Positions 8,415 through 17,551 of a stretch of 51,030 bases of DNA are shown piece by piece. Below the pieces are notes generated by a model. It had not been told where the DNA came from. It saw nothing but the letters and a program-made list of their open reading frames with translations, and did not search any database. The stretch spans positions 1 to 51,030 of the forward strand of contig DVND01000019.1 in the NCBI GenBank assembly GCA_018714645.1, in the 5' to 3' direction. The DNA comes from Candidatus Avimonoglobus intestinipullorum (lineage in GTDB: Bacteria; Bacillota; Clostridia; UBA1381). Position 1 is the stretch's first letter, and each line of letters begins with the position of its first letter. Both the position numbers and the translations under genes were made by a program.

Positions 8415-10259
8415 ATGGCAAAAGGCACAATTTCAGTCAGCTCGGAGAATATTTTCCCGATTATCAAAAAATGGCTGTATTCAGACAAGGATATCTTCCT
8501 GCGGGAACTGGTATCCAACGGGTGCGACGCAATCACCAAGCTGAAAAAATTAGCGGGCATCGGCGAGGCAACGCTATCAGGCGACGAGCAGTTCCGCGTG
8601 GACGTCATTGTGGATAAGGAACACAAGACCCTGACCATTGAGGACAACGGCATCGGCATGACGGCGGAGGAGATCGACAAGTACATCACACAGATCGCGT
8701 TTTCGGGCGCCAGCGATTTTCTGGAAAAATACAAGGACGAGGACAACAAGGACGGCGGCATCATCGGGCACTTCGGGCTTGGCTTTTATTCGGCGTTCAT
8801 GCCGGCAGACCGCGTGGAAATCGATTCCCTGTCCTATCAGGAGGGGGCGAAACCAGCAAAATGGAGCTGCGACGGCAGCATGGAATACGACCTGTCCGAA
8901 GGGACGCGGCAAACCCGCGGCACCACCATCACCCTGCACATCGCCGATGACAGCGCGGAGTTTTTGGAGGAATACACCGTCCGGCAGATTCTGAACAAAT
9001 ACTGTTCCTTCCTGCCGACGGAAATCTATTTGACAATTGTGGGCAAGGAGGAGCCAAAGCCGGAGGACGGCAAGGAACCGGAGCCACCAAAACCCATCAA
9101 TGACACCACGCCCCTCTGGATGAAACCTCCAAAAGACTGCACCGACGAGGAATACAAGCAATTTTATACCAAGGTATTTATGGATTTCAATGAACCGCTG
9201 TTCTGGATCCACCTGAACGTGGATTTCCCGTTCAACCTGAAAGGCATCCTGTACTTCCCCAAATTCAACCACGAATTTGCGGCGAACGAAGGGCAAATTA
9301 AATTGTACAATAATCAGGTATTTGTGGCGGACAATGTAAAAGAAGTGATACCGGAATTTTTGATGCTGTTAAAGGGCGTCATCGACTGCCCGGATTTGCC
9401 GCTGAATGTCTCCAGAAGCTTTTTACAAAACGACGGCTATGTGAAAAAGATTTCCTCCCATATCACCAAAAAGGTGGCGGATAAGCTGTCCGAGCTGTTT
9501 AAGAAGGAGCGGGAGCGTTACAATCAATATTGGGATGACATCAACATCTTCATCAAATACGGCTGCATCCGCGACGAAAAATTCTATGACCGCGTCAAGG
9601 ATATTATGATCTATAAGGATTTGGACGGGAATTACATCACGCTCGCCGATTATCTGGACGGGAAAGACAACAAGGACGTGTATTATGTATCCGATGAAAC
9701 CCAGCAAGCACAATATATCAACCTGTTCCGCGAACAAGGGCTGAATGCGGTGATCCTGCCCACCATGATGGACACGCACTATATCTCTTTCCTGGAAACG
9801 AAAGAGGAAGGCGTGAAATTCAAGCGCATCGACTCCAACATCTCCGACAGCCTGACGGAAGCGCATGAGAAAAATGAAGAGCAGGAAAAAGCGCTTTCGG
9901 AGCTGTTCAAAAAGATGCTGGGCAAAGAGGATTTGAAGATAGAGGTGCAATCGCTGAAAAATACCGGCATCCCCGCCGTGATGCTCTTAAGCGAGGAATC
10001 CCGCAGGATGCAGGAGCTGTACAAATCCTACGGGCAGCAGTTCGCAGGCATGAGCGGCATGTTCCAGGACGATTTCACCCTGGTATTGAACGACCAGAAC
10101 AGCCTGATTCAAAAGCTGGGTTCCCTGCCGGAGGATGACCAGAAGCTGGTCTGCGAACACGTATATGACCTGGCGATGCTCAGCAACAAGCCGCTGGGCG
10201 CAGAACAAATGACGAAATTCATTGAACGGAGCAACCTGCTGCTGGCAAAGGTCTTGTAA
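8415..10259 (+). CDS. htpG: molecular chaperone HtpG (Hsp90)
   Basis: 614 aa with the GHKL ATPase N-terminus (LRELVSNGCDA, IEDNGIGMT, GHFGLGFYSAFM) plus the middle and C-terminal dimerisation domains. Confidence 0.95.
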   Translation: MAKGTISVSSENIFPIIKKWLYSDKDIFLRELVSNGCDAITKLKKLAGIGEATLSGDEQFRVDVIVDKEHKTLTIEDNGIGMTAEEIDKYITQIAFSGASDFLEKYKDEDNKDGGIIGHFGLGFYSAFMPADRVEIDSLSYQEGAKPAKWSCDGSMEYDLSEGTRQTRGTTITLHIADDSAEFLEEYTVRQILNKYCSFLPTEIYLTIVGKEEPKPEDGKEPEPPKPINDTTPLWMKPPKDCTDEEYKQFYTKVFMDFNEPLFWIHLNVDFPFNLKGILYFPKFNHEFAANEGQIKLYNNQVFVADNVKEVIPEFLMLLKGVIDCPDLPLNVSRSFLQNDGYVKKISSHITKKVADKLSELFKKERERYNQYWDDINIFIKYGCIRDEKFYDRVKDIMIYKDLDGNYITLADYLDGKDNKDVYYVSDETQQAQYINLFREQGLNAVILPTMMDTHYISFLETKEEGVKFKRIDSNISDSLTEAHEKNEEQEKALSELFKKMLGKEDLKIEVQSLKNTGIPAVMLLSEESRRMQELYKSYGQQFAGMSGMFQDDFTLVLNDQNSLIQKLGSLPEDDQKLVCEHVYDLAMLSNKPLGAEQMTKFIERSNLLLAKVL

Positions 10260-10292
10260 ATAACGGTATATCCATTGGCTCCGGATGTGATA

Positions 10293-10333
10293 GTAAAAGA
10301 GCGGTGCTGTTGGCAAAGCGACCGCTCTTTTAC
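10293..10333. terminator. putative bidirectional terminator between convergent htpG and corA-like gene
   Basis: 13-bp stem GTAAAAGAGCGGT / ACCGCTCTTTTAC with a 15-nt loop. Confidence 0.55.
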
Positions 10334-10341
10334 TATATCCG

Positions 10342-11205
10342 TTAAAACCATTTTTTCCGTTTGAAAAACAAAATAAGGGCCGTAATGATTACAACACTGG
10401 CGATAACGACCGCAGGATATCCGAACTTCCAGTGCAGTTCGGGCATCTCTGTAAAATTCATTCCGTACCATCCGGCGATGAGTGTCAGCGGAAGGAATAA
10501 AACCGTAACGATCGTAAATACCCGCATCAGGTCATTTTGCTGGATGGAAAGCTGCGATTGATATTCTTCGCGCATCTGGTTGACAATCTCCTGCAAATTC
10601 CGCACAGCGTTCAAATAGCGGCCGGTTCTCGCGCCAAGAATGGCAATACGCTTTATGAACTGCCCGGAAAGCAGCCTATTATCGTTGGCGTCCATTTCGT
10701 CAAAAATGGAATCTAGTTGCTCGTAATACCGTTTCAGGCGCAGCAACTCCTTCCGCCAGCTGCAAATCTGCACGATGGCATCGCGCTGCCTGCCGGAAAG
10801 GATTTTTGCTTCTTCGTCGTTGATTTGCGTCTCAAACCGGTTCAAGTAATCCATATCCCCTTGCAGCAATTTTACGAAAAAGGCATAAAACAATTGCTCA
10901 TTATTAATGGGGCTGTTCCCTGTCAGCTCTTGCACAATATTACCCACACACAGCTCCGCAGCCTGATCCCTGCAAAAGAAAAACAAATGTTCTTTATCCA
11001 TATAAATCAAAATTTTGGAACTTGCAGTCCGTTCGCTGCGTATATCATAATAATCAAAAGCCAGCAGATCAAAAGTTTCATGGCTTTCAAAACTCTCGCT
11101 TTGCCATCCGCTGATATAGCCCAGCACTTTATTATCCATGCAGGCCGCCGCTTCGCCAATTTGCGCAAAAGTGAAAATTTTCTGCACGTCCTTTTCCCCC
11201 CTCAT
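10342..11205 (-). CDS. CorA-family divalent-cation (Mg/Co) transporter
   Basis: 287 aa with a C-terminal two-TM region carrying the signature GWYGMNF. The N-terminal cytoplasmic domain is shorter than in canonical CorA. Confidence 0.8.
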   Translation of the reverse strand: MRGEKDVQKIFTFAQIGEAAACMDNKVLGYISGWQSESFESHETFDLLAFDYYDIRSERTASSKILIYMDKEHLFFFCRDQAAELCVGNIVQELTGNSPINNEQLFYAFFVKLLQGDMDYLNRFETQINDEEAKILSGRQRDAIVQICSWRKELLRLKRYYEQLDSIFDEMDANDNRLLSGQFIKRIAILGARTGRYLNAVRNLQEIVNQMREEYQSQLSIQQNDLMRVFTIVTVLFLPLTLIAGWYGMNFTEMPELHWKFGYPAVVIASVVIITALILFFKRKKWF

Positions 11206-11241
11206 CTTTATCCAATCCCGGCGGCGCCAGCGTTTGGCGTC

Positions 11242-11928
11242 CTAATTATTGGTCCTCACTGGAATATACGGGATGATCCGGCTCGCAAATTTGGGAAGGT
11301 TGATGGTCTGCAAATAGACCTTGCCCGGCCCTTCCAAGGTGGTCAGGAACAGGCCCTCGCCGCCGAACAAAATATTTTTAAAGCCTTTGACCGTCTCCAC
11401 AGAATATCCCACAGAGGCTTCAAACATCGCCACGTTGCCGGTGTCCACCTTGATTTTCTCCCCGGCTGCCAGCGTCAGCTCCTTGATGCTGCCATCCAAT
11501 TCCACAAACGCCATCCCATTCCCATGCAGGCGCTGGAGCACAAAGCCTTCACCGCCGAACAGCCCGCCGGTCATGCCCTTCGTCACAAATGCCGACAGTT
11601 CCACACTCTCTTGGGCGCACAAAAACGCACTTTTTTGGCAGATGTATTCCTTGCCGTCCCCAATTTCCAGGCATGCAATGCTGCCGGGGAACGAAGATGC
11701 GATTGTAATGCTCTGATTGGGTTTCTGCGCCGTGTAGGTCGCCATAAACAGCGAATCCCCCGACATCATCCTGCCCAGACCCTTCAAAAAACCGCCTCTC
11801 ATATTGGTTTCCATCCCGATGCTATCGCTCATCCAGCTCATGCCGCCGGATTGGGTATAAATGCGCTCCCCCTCTTCCAGATTGATTGTCACCGCCGGCA
11901 GATTCCCGCCGAAAATTTCATAATTCAT
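11242..11928 (-). CDS. AIM24 / TIGR00266-family protein (DUF124)
   Basis: 228 aa. The N-terminus MNYEIFGG...LEEGE.IY.QSGGM.WM and repeated GGEG.. segments are typical of the family, recalled from memory. Confidence 0.7.
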   Translation of the reverse strand: MNYEIFGGNLPAVTINLEEGERIYTQSGGMSWMSDSIGMETNMRGGFLKGLGRMMSGDSLFMATYTAQKPNQSITIASSFPGSIACLEIGDGKEYICQKSAFLCAQESVELSAFVTKGMTGGLFGGEGFVLQRLHGNGMAFVELDGSIKELTLAAGEKIKVDTGNVAMFEASVGYSVETVKGFKNILFGGEGLFLTTLEGPGKVYLQTINLPKFASRIIPYIPVRTNN

Positions 11929-12034
11929 ATTGCCACCCCGTTTTTATATTTATACTTTTACAGTATAACAGAAAACAAAGACGAATGCAATCAAATTTTG
12001 GTAAAATGTGCAGGACGGAAAAATCCCGCCCCGC

Positions 12035-12063
12035 TTGACAAACCGCGCAAAAAGCATTATACT
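12035..12063 (+). promoter_or_regulatory. candidate sigma-A promoter of the DAHP synthase-argS-GNAT operon
   Basis: TTGACA (12035-12040), a 17-nt spacer and TATACT (12058-12063). Confidence 0.5.
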
Positions 12064-12150
12064 TTTAGGCGTAGTATAGTAACATTGCAGTAATAAAAAC
12101 AAGGATTTAGGCACAGCCTAAGAGTAGCACGGCAGAAAGGAAGGATTCAC

Positions 12151-13161
12151 ATGATTGTAATTCTAAAACCAAACGCAACCAAAACACAAACGGACAACCT
12201 GCTCAGCGATCTGCAGGGGATGGGCTTCACCTACCACTACAGCGAAGGGGCGCAGTCCACGATCATTGGTATCATCGGGGACACCTCGGTGATTGATACC
12301 GACATGCTCAAAGCCAACGACATCGTGGCGGACGTGAAACGGGTTTCGGAGCCGTACAAGCTGGCAAACCGCAAATTCCACCCCACGGACAGCGTCTTTG
12401 AAATCGCCGGGCGGCTGGTGGGGGAAGGGCATTTCAGCGTCATCGCCGGACCCTGCTCCATCGAGACGGAGGAGCAGATCACGGAAGTGGCGCAGGCCGT
12501 CAAAAAGAGCGGCGCCGCTTTTTTGCGCGGCGGCGCGTTCAAGCCGCGGACGTCCCCGTATGCATTTCAGGGCCTGAAGGGCGAAGGGCTGGATTTGCTG
12601 GTCAAAGCAAAAAAGGCCACCGGGCTGCCGATTGTGACGGAAATCATGAACCAGCACCATCTGGATATGTTCAGCGATGTGGACGTGATCCAGGTCGGCG
12701 CGCGGAACATGCAGAATTTTGAATTGTTAAAAGAATTAGGGCATTGCGACAAGCCCATTTTATTAAAACGCGGGCTTTCCAACACCATCGAGGAATGGCT
12801 CATGAGCGCGGAATACATCATGGCGGGCGGCAACGAGCGCGTAATTTTCTGCGAGCGCGGCATCCGCACCTATGAGACCTTCACGCGCAATACGCTGGAT
12901 TTATCCGCGATCCCCGCGCTGAAAGCGGTGTCGCACCTGCCGGTCATCGTCGACCCCAGCCATGCCACGGGGCTGCCGTGGATGGTGGAGCCGCTGACAA
13001 AAGCGGCCATCGCCGTGGGCGCAGACGGCGTGATGATCGAGGTGCACAACAATCCCAAAAAGGCGCTTTGCGACGGCGCCCAGTCCCTGACGCCGGAACA
13101 GTTTGACAGCGTGATGGGGCAAGTTAAGGCGTTGGCGGCCTTTGAACACAAAAAACTATAG
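12151..13161 (+). CDS. aroF: 3-deoxy-7-phosphoheptulonate (DAHP) synthase, type I-beta with N-terminal ferredoxin-like regulatory domain
   Basis: 336 aa. The first 70 or so aa (MIVILKPN...) resemble the regulatory domain of the Thermotoga-type enzyme. The core carries GPCSIE, KPRTSPY.FQG and DPSHA motifs. Confidence 0.9.
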   Translation: MIVILKPNATKTQTDNLLSDLQGMGFTYHYSEGAQSTIIGIIGDTSVIDTDMLKANDIVADVKRVSEPYKLANRKFHPTDSVFEIAGRLVGEGHFSVIAGPCSIETEEQITEVAQAVKKSGAAFLRGGAFKPRTSPYAFQGLKGEGLDLLVKAKKATGLPIVTEIMNQHHLDMFSDVDVIQVGARNMQNFELLKELGHCDKPILLKRGLSNTIEEWLMSAEYIMAGGNERVIFCERGIRTYETFTRNTLDLSAIPALKAVSHLPVIVDPSHATGLPWMVEPLTKAAIAVGADGVMIEVHNNPKKALCDGAQSLTPEQFDSVMGQVKALAAFEHKKL

Positions 13162-13174
13162 AAGAGGTTGAATT

Positions 13175-14872
13175 ATGGATTTTAAAGCATATGTGGCAGA
13201 CAAATTGGCGGGCCTTACAGGCCTCACGCGGGACGCGCTGGCAGGCGCGCTGGAAACGCCGCCCGAACAAAAGCTGGGCGATTTGGCGTTCCCCTGCTTT
13301 GTATTGGCGAAAACGCTGCGCAAGGCGCCGCCGGCAATTGCAAAGGAACTGGCGGAGCAGTTTGGCACAGATGCATACATCGCCCGGGCGGAAGCCGTGG
13401 GCGGTTATTTAAACTTTTTCTTTGACCGCACGGCGTTCACAAAGGATGTGGTACAGGCCATCCGGACGGCCGGCGGCGATTACGGACGGTCCGATATAGG
13501 CAAGGGAAAAACCGTGCTGGTGGAATTTTCCTCCCCCAACATCGCTAAACCCTTCCACATCGGACATCTGTTCTCCACCGCGGTGGGGAACTCCCTGGAG
13601 CACATTTACAATTATTTAGGCTATACTACAGTGAAAATCAACCACCTTGGCGATTGGGGCACCCAATTCGGGAAGCTGATTTCCGCATACAAGCGCTGGG
13701 GGGACAAGGCGGTCATTGAACAGGACCCGATTAACGAATTGCTAAAAATCTATGTGAAATTTCACGAAGAGGCGGAAAAGGATCCCGCCCTGGAGGAAGA
13801 AGCGCGGGATTACTTCAAGAAATTGGAGGACGGCGACCCTGAAACCACGGCCCTGTGGCAGTATTTCAGGGACGTCAGCCTCTTAGAGTTCAACCGCGTC
13901 TACGACCGGCTGGGCGTCAGCTTTGACTCCTACGCCGGCGAGAGCTTCTACAGCGATAAGATGCAGGAGGTGGTGGACATCCTGTCCGAAAAGCAACTGC
14001 TCACGGACAGCGACGGCGCAAAAGTCGTGAGACTGGATGAGTTGAACATCCCGCCGTGCATCATCCTCAAATCCGACGGCGCGACCATCTATGCCACCCG
14101 CGACATCGCCGCGGCGCTGTACCGGAAGCGTACATATGACTTTTACAAGAATATCTATGTGGTCGGGACGCCCCAGGCGCTCCATTTTAAACAGATTTTC
14201 GCCGTCATTGAAAAGGCGGGCTTCTCCTGGGCGAAAGACTGCGTGCATGTGGGCTTCGGGCTGGTAAAATTCCCTGACAAAAAATTATCCACCCGCCACG
14301 GCGACGTAGTGTTCCTGGAGGACGTGTTGAATGAATCCGTCCAGAAAACGCTGGAGATTATCACAAATAATAACCCTGATTTGGAACAGAAAGAGGAAGT
14401 GGCGGAAAAAGTGGGGATCGGTGCAGTCCTTTACACCTTCCTCAAAAACAGCCGCGAAAAGGACATCGTCTTTTCCTGGGACAATATGCTGGATTTCGAA
14501 GGCGAATCTGCGCCGTATGTGCAGTACACCTATGCCCGCGGCAGGAGCATCCTGCGCAAAGCGGATATGGATTACAGCGGCGCTGATTTTTCCAAAGCCA
14601 CTTCAGACGATGAATACGCGCTGATTGCGCAGCTTGCCGCATTCGGGGACGCGGTTGTGGATGCAGCAGAGAAGAATGAGCCGTTTTATGTCAACCGCTA
14701 TGTGACCAATCTGGCGCGGTGCTTCAATAAATTTTACAACAATTATCCGATCCTGAGAAGCGATGTGGACACGGAGACGAAAAAGGCGCGCCTGGCCATC
14801 GTGGATGTGACAACACAGGTCATTCAATCGGCGCTGGGGCTTTTGGGTATCCAAACAGTAGAAAGCATGTAA
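13175..14872 (+). CDS. argS: arginine--tRNA ligase
   Basis: 565 aa class I aaRS with the HIGH-type motif (SSPNIAKPFHIGH), an N-terminal Arg-tRNA synthetase additional domain and a DALR anticodon-binding C-terminus. Confidence 0.95.
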   Translation: MDFKAYVADKLAGLTGLTRDALAGALETPPEQKLGDLAFPCFVLAKTLRKAPPAIAKELAEQFGTDAYIARAEAVGGYLNFFFDRTAFTKDVVQAIRTAGGDYGRSDIGKGKTVLVEFSSPNIAKPFHIGHLFSTAVGNSLEHIYNYLGYTTVKINHLGDWGTQFGKLISAYKRWGDKAVIEQDPINELLKIYVKFHEEAEKDPALEEEARDYFKKLEDGDPETTALWQYFRDVSLLEFNRVYDRLGVSFDSYAGESFYSDKMQEVVDILSEKQLLTDSDGAKVVRLDELNIPPCIILKSDGATIYATRDIAAALYRKRTYDFYKNIYVVGTPQALHFKQIFAVIEKAGFSWAKDCVHVGFGLVKFPDKKLSTRHGDVVFLEDVLNESVQKTLEIITNNNPDLEQKEEVAEKVGIGAVLYTFLKNSREKDIVFSWDNMLDFEGESAPYVQYTYARGRSILRKADMDYSGADFSKATSDDEYALIAQLAAFGDAVVDAAEKNEPFYVNRYVTNLARCFNKFYNNYPILRSDVDTETKKARLAIVDVTTQVIQSALGLLGIQTVESM

Positions 14873-14885
14873 AGGAGTCTTGAAC

Positions 14886-15368
14886 TTGCATATCAGAGCA
14901 TATACGGGACAGGATTTACCGGAAATGGCCGCCATCTGGAACGCGGTTGTTGAAGCCGCGGACGCGTTCCCGCAGTCAGAACCGCTGCCGGAGACGGAGG
15001 CTGCTGCGTTTTTTGCTGGCCAGAGCTATACGGGCGTGGCAGAGGATGCATCCGGCGCCATCGTGGGGCTGTACATCCTGCATCCCAATAACGTGGGGCG
15101 GTGCGGGCATATTGCAAACGCTTCGTTTGCGGTGGACGCGGCGCGGCGTGGGGAACACATCGGGGAGGCACTGGTGCGGGACTGCCTGGCACAAGGAAAA
15201 AGGCTGGGGTTCCGGATTTTGCAGTTTAATGCGGTCGTTGCTGCCAATACCGCCGCCATCCGGCTTTATGAAAAGCTGGGGTTCCATAAAATCGGCACGG
15301 TCAAGGATGGATTTATGAAAAAAGACGGTGCGTATACGGATATTATTTTATTCTATAAGGAACTGTAA
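14886..15368 (+). CDS. GNAT-family N-acetyltransferase
   Basis: Acetyl-CoA binding motif (RRGEHIGEALV...GFRILQFNAVVAANTAAIRLYEKLGF). The ORF-track start TTG at 14880 is only 2 nt from AGGAG (14873-14877); TTG at 14886 has 8-nt spacing. Confidence 0.8.
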   Translation: MHIRAYTGQDLPEMAAIWNAVVEAADAFPQSEPLPETEAAAFFAGQSYTGVAEDASGAIVGLYILHPNNVGRCGHIANASFAVDAARRGEHIGEALVRDCLAQGKRLGFRILQFNAVVAANTAAIRLYEKLGFHKIGTVKDGFMKKDGAYTDIILFYKEL

Positions 15369-15401
15369 AAAAGAAGATGTGCACAGCACATCTTCTTTTT
15401 T
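15367..15401. terminator. bidirectional intrinsic terminator
   Basis: 12-bp stem AAGAAGATGTGC / GCACATCTTCTT with loop ACA, flanked by A4 and T5. Sits between the convergent GNAT and XRE genes. Confidence 0.8.
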
Positions 15402-15642
15402 ACTTTATTTCCTGTTCCAAATCATCAAATTCACTGGTGGAGAAAAACACCCCCAATGTAATACCCAATCCATCGCAAAATTTTTTAATCGTCCTGATAG
15501 AAATATCCCTGCGGGTCCTGTCCATCATGCTGTACGCCGTTGAGGGCGTCACGCCTGACAGCGTTGCCAGTTCATTGATTTTAATATTCCGCTGTCTGCA
15601 TAATTCCAAAAACCGGTTCGTGACTGCATCTTTTACATCCAT
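15400..15642 (-). CDS. XRE-family helix-turn-helix transcriptional regulator
   Basis: 80 aa with the HTH_3-like segment INELATLSGVTPSTAYSMM. Confidence 0.8.
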   Translation of the reverse strand: MDVKDAVTNRFLELCRQRNIKINELATLSGVTPSTAYSMMDRTRRDISIRTIKKFCDGLGITLGVFFSTSEFDDLEQEIK

Positions 15643-15677
15643 ATGTTCTTCACCTCAAAAAATATTGTAAAATATTC

Positions 15678-15705
15678 TACGCTTTTGCGTATACGCACTT
15701 GCGTA
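15678..15705. promoter_or_regulatory. two abutting 14-bp palindromes TACGC-N4-GCGTA (candidate XRE operator)
   Basis: TACGCttttGCGTA (15678-15691) is immediately followed by TACGCacttGCGTA (15692-15705). The junction forms the perfect 10-mer GCGTATACGC. It overlaps a candidate -35 (TTGCGT, 15699-15704) for an extended -10 TGtTATAAT (15719-15727). Confidence 0.5.
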
Positions 15706-15776
15706 TTTTTGAAAGATATGTTATAATCTATTTGATTATTTCAACAATCATATTATAAAAATTGGAGGGATCTTAC

Positions 15777-16460
15777 GTGAAAGAACGATTACAAGGGCTT
15801 GCCGCCGGAATTTTAATTGGTGGATTGGGGATCGGCGGGGTCGCCTATGCCATCTCCTCGACAGAATACATCGAGGTGGTTTATGACAACATCAAGGTCT
15901 ATAAAGACAATGTGCTGTGCAATCTGCGGGATGCTAATGGATCTGTTATTGAACCGTTTATTTACAATGGGACAACCTATCTTCCTGTGCGCGGCACCGC
16001 AGAGCTTGCAGGCTTGGGGGTCTCCTGGGATGGTGCGACAAAAAGCGTATATTTATGGGATGAAACGTCCGCCGGGGATACATATTTGGTTGACGTCTGC
16101 CCGCCTTATGATGGTTTTCGCTTTACAACAGATAACTTTTATATGGCAAATGAGCAGTATGAAGGCTTTACGCTATGGGGAAACAAAGATGCTTATGCAC
16201 TTGTCAATCTAAATGGAAAATACGACACTGCCACGATGTACATTGGTCCCGTGGATGGTTCTGCCGGTGCATATGAAGAAAAACCTGCCATTGTCAACTT
16301 TTATCTTGATGGTAAAAAAGTGGATTCTTACGAAATAAGTGAAGCCACTTATCCTTTTAAAATAGAACTCCCTTTAAACGGTGCACTACAACTAAAAGTT
16401 GAATTAAAAGCCATTTCAAATTCTTCCGAGATTGGTTTTGGTACTATTCGCTTACAATAG
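15777..16460 (+). CDS. membrane-anchored protein with copper-amine-oxidase-N-terminal-like (stalk) domain and C-terminal beta-sandwich module
   Basis: GTG start at 15777, 7 nt after GGAGGG. N-terminal TM helix (LAAGILIGGLGIGGVAYAI). Stalk-domain signature (NGTTYLPVRGTAELAGLGVSWDGATKSVYLWD). The C-terminal 120 or so aa are beta-rich (NPCBM/NEW2-like, by impression only). Confidence 0.65.
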   Translation: MKERLQGLAAGILIGGLGIGGVAYAISSTEYIEVVYDNIKVYKDNVLCNLRDANGSVIEPFIYNGTTYLPVRGTAELAGLGVSWDGATKSVYLWDETSAGDTYLVDVCPPYDGFRFTTDNFYMANEQYEGFTLWGNKDAYALVNLNGKYDTATMYIGPVDGSAGAYEEKPAIVNFYLDGKKVDSYEISEATYPFKIELPLNGALQLKVELKAISNSSEIGFGTIRLQ

Positions 16461-16461
16461 C

Positions 16462-16492
16462 AAACAGGCAGAACATATGATTCTGCCTGTTT
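16462..16492. terminator. bidirectional intrinsic terminator
   Basis: AAACAGGCAGAA-catatga-TTCTGCCTGTTT between the convergent stalk-domain gene and mglC. Confidence 0.8.
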
Positions 16493-16495
16493 ATT

Positions 16496-17536
16496 TTACT
16501 TCTTCGCCAGATATTTCCGCACGTCAATGGACACCGCTAAAATGATAATCAAGCCCTTGATGATATACTGCAAATAGGGATTGACACCCAGGAAATTCAG
16601 GCTGTAATTAATCGCCTGTAAAATCACCACGCCGATCACCACGCCCGGGATCGTCCCAACGCCGCCGGAAAACGACACGCCCCCAATGACGCAGCCGGAA
16701 ATCGCATCCAAGTCATAGTTCAGCCCCGTCCCCGTGTTGACAGACTGGATCCGCCCCGCCTCCAGGAACGCCGCAATCCCGTACAAAATCCCGCCGACAA
16801 TATAAATGCCCATGATATTCCGGGCGATGTTGATGCCTGAAACTGCCGCGGCTTCCTTATTGCCGCCGATGGCAAACATGTTTTTCCCCAGCGTCGTCTT
16901 ATTCCAGACAACCCACATCACCACCGCTGCCAGTGCAAAATAACAAATCAAATACGGCAGGCGAAACCCGAAAATATTAAACGAGCCGTTCACAAAATTT
17001 AAAAACGTTTCGTTAAAGGTTGAAATTGCTTGCGCACCGCCCTTTTGGGAGTTGATATAAATACACGTCACACCGAACGCGATGAGCTGCGTCCCCAAGC
17101 TGACGATAAACGCATGCAAATTCAATTTTGCCACGCCAAAGCCGTTGAGCATACTGAACAGCACCGCCACAATAATACTTACCAGCAGCGGGACTATAAT
17201 CGGCAAATCCTGCACAATCTGCGGATACATACGGGAAGCATAGTTCACCGACTGCACCAGGGAGGCGGAAATCGCGGCACAGGTACCGACAATCCGCCCG
17301 GCGGACAGGTCCGTCCCCGCAAGGACGATCATCCCCGCCACACCCAGGGCCAGGATGCCCCTTGTGGAGGCCTGCGTTAAAATGTTTGTAAAATTATTGA
17401 CGGACAGGAAGCTGGGGTCAATGATGATGACAATTAAAATCAACAGTCCCAGTATAATATAAAGGGCGTAATTCAACAAAAATGTATTGACCCGTTCCCT
17501 GTCTATCCTCTTGCTTTTATTTTCTGTCTTTTCCAC
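16496..17536 (-). CDS. mglC: galactose/methyl-galactoside ABC transporter permease
   Basis: 346 aa. Collinear with E. coli MglC as I recall it (NILTQ...LGVAG.IV..GTDLSAGR, FAIGGN.EAA.VSG.N, ELDAI..CVIGGVSFSGGVGT). Confidence 0.9.
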   Translation of the reverse strand: MEKTENKSKRIDRERVNTFLLNYALYIILGLLILIVIIIDPSFLSVNNFTNILTQASTRGILALGVAGMIVLAGTDLSAGRIVGTCAAISASLVQSVNYASRMYPQIVQDLPIIVPLLVSIIVAVLFSMLNGFGVAKLNLHAFIVSLGTQLIAFGVTCIYINSQKGGAQAISTFNETFLNFVNGSFNIFGFRLPYLICYFALAAVVMWVVWNKTTLGKNMFAIGGNKEAAAVSGINIARNIMGIYIVGGILYGIAAFLEAGRIQSVNTGTGLNYDLDAISGCVIGGVSFSGGVGTIPGVVIGVVILQAINYSLNFLGVNPYLQYIIKGLIIILAVSIDVRKYLAKK

Positions 17537-17551
17537 GTTCGCACCTCTCTA

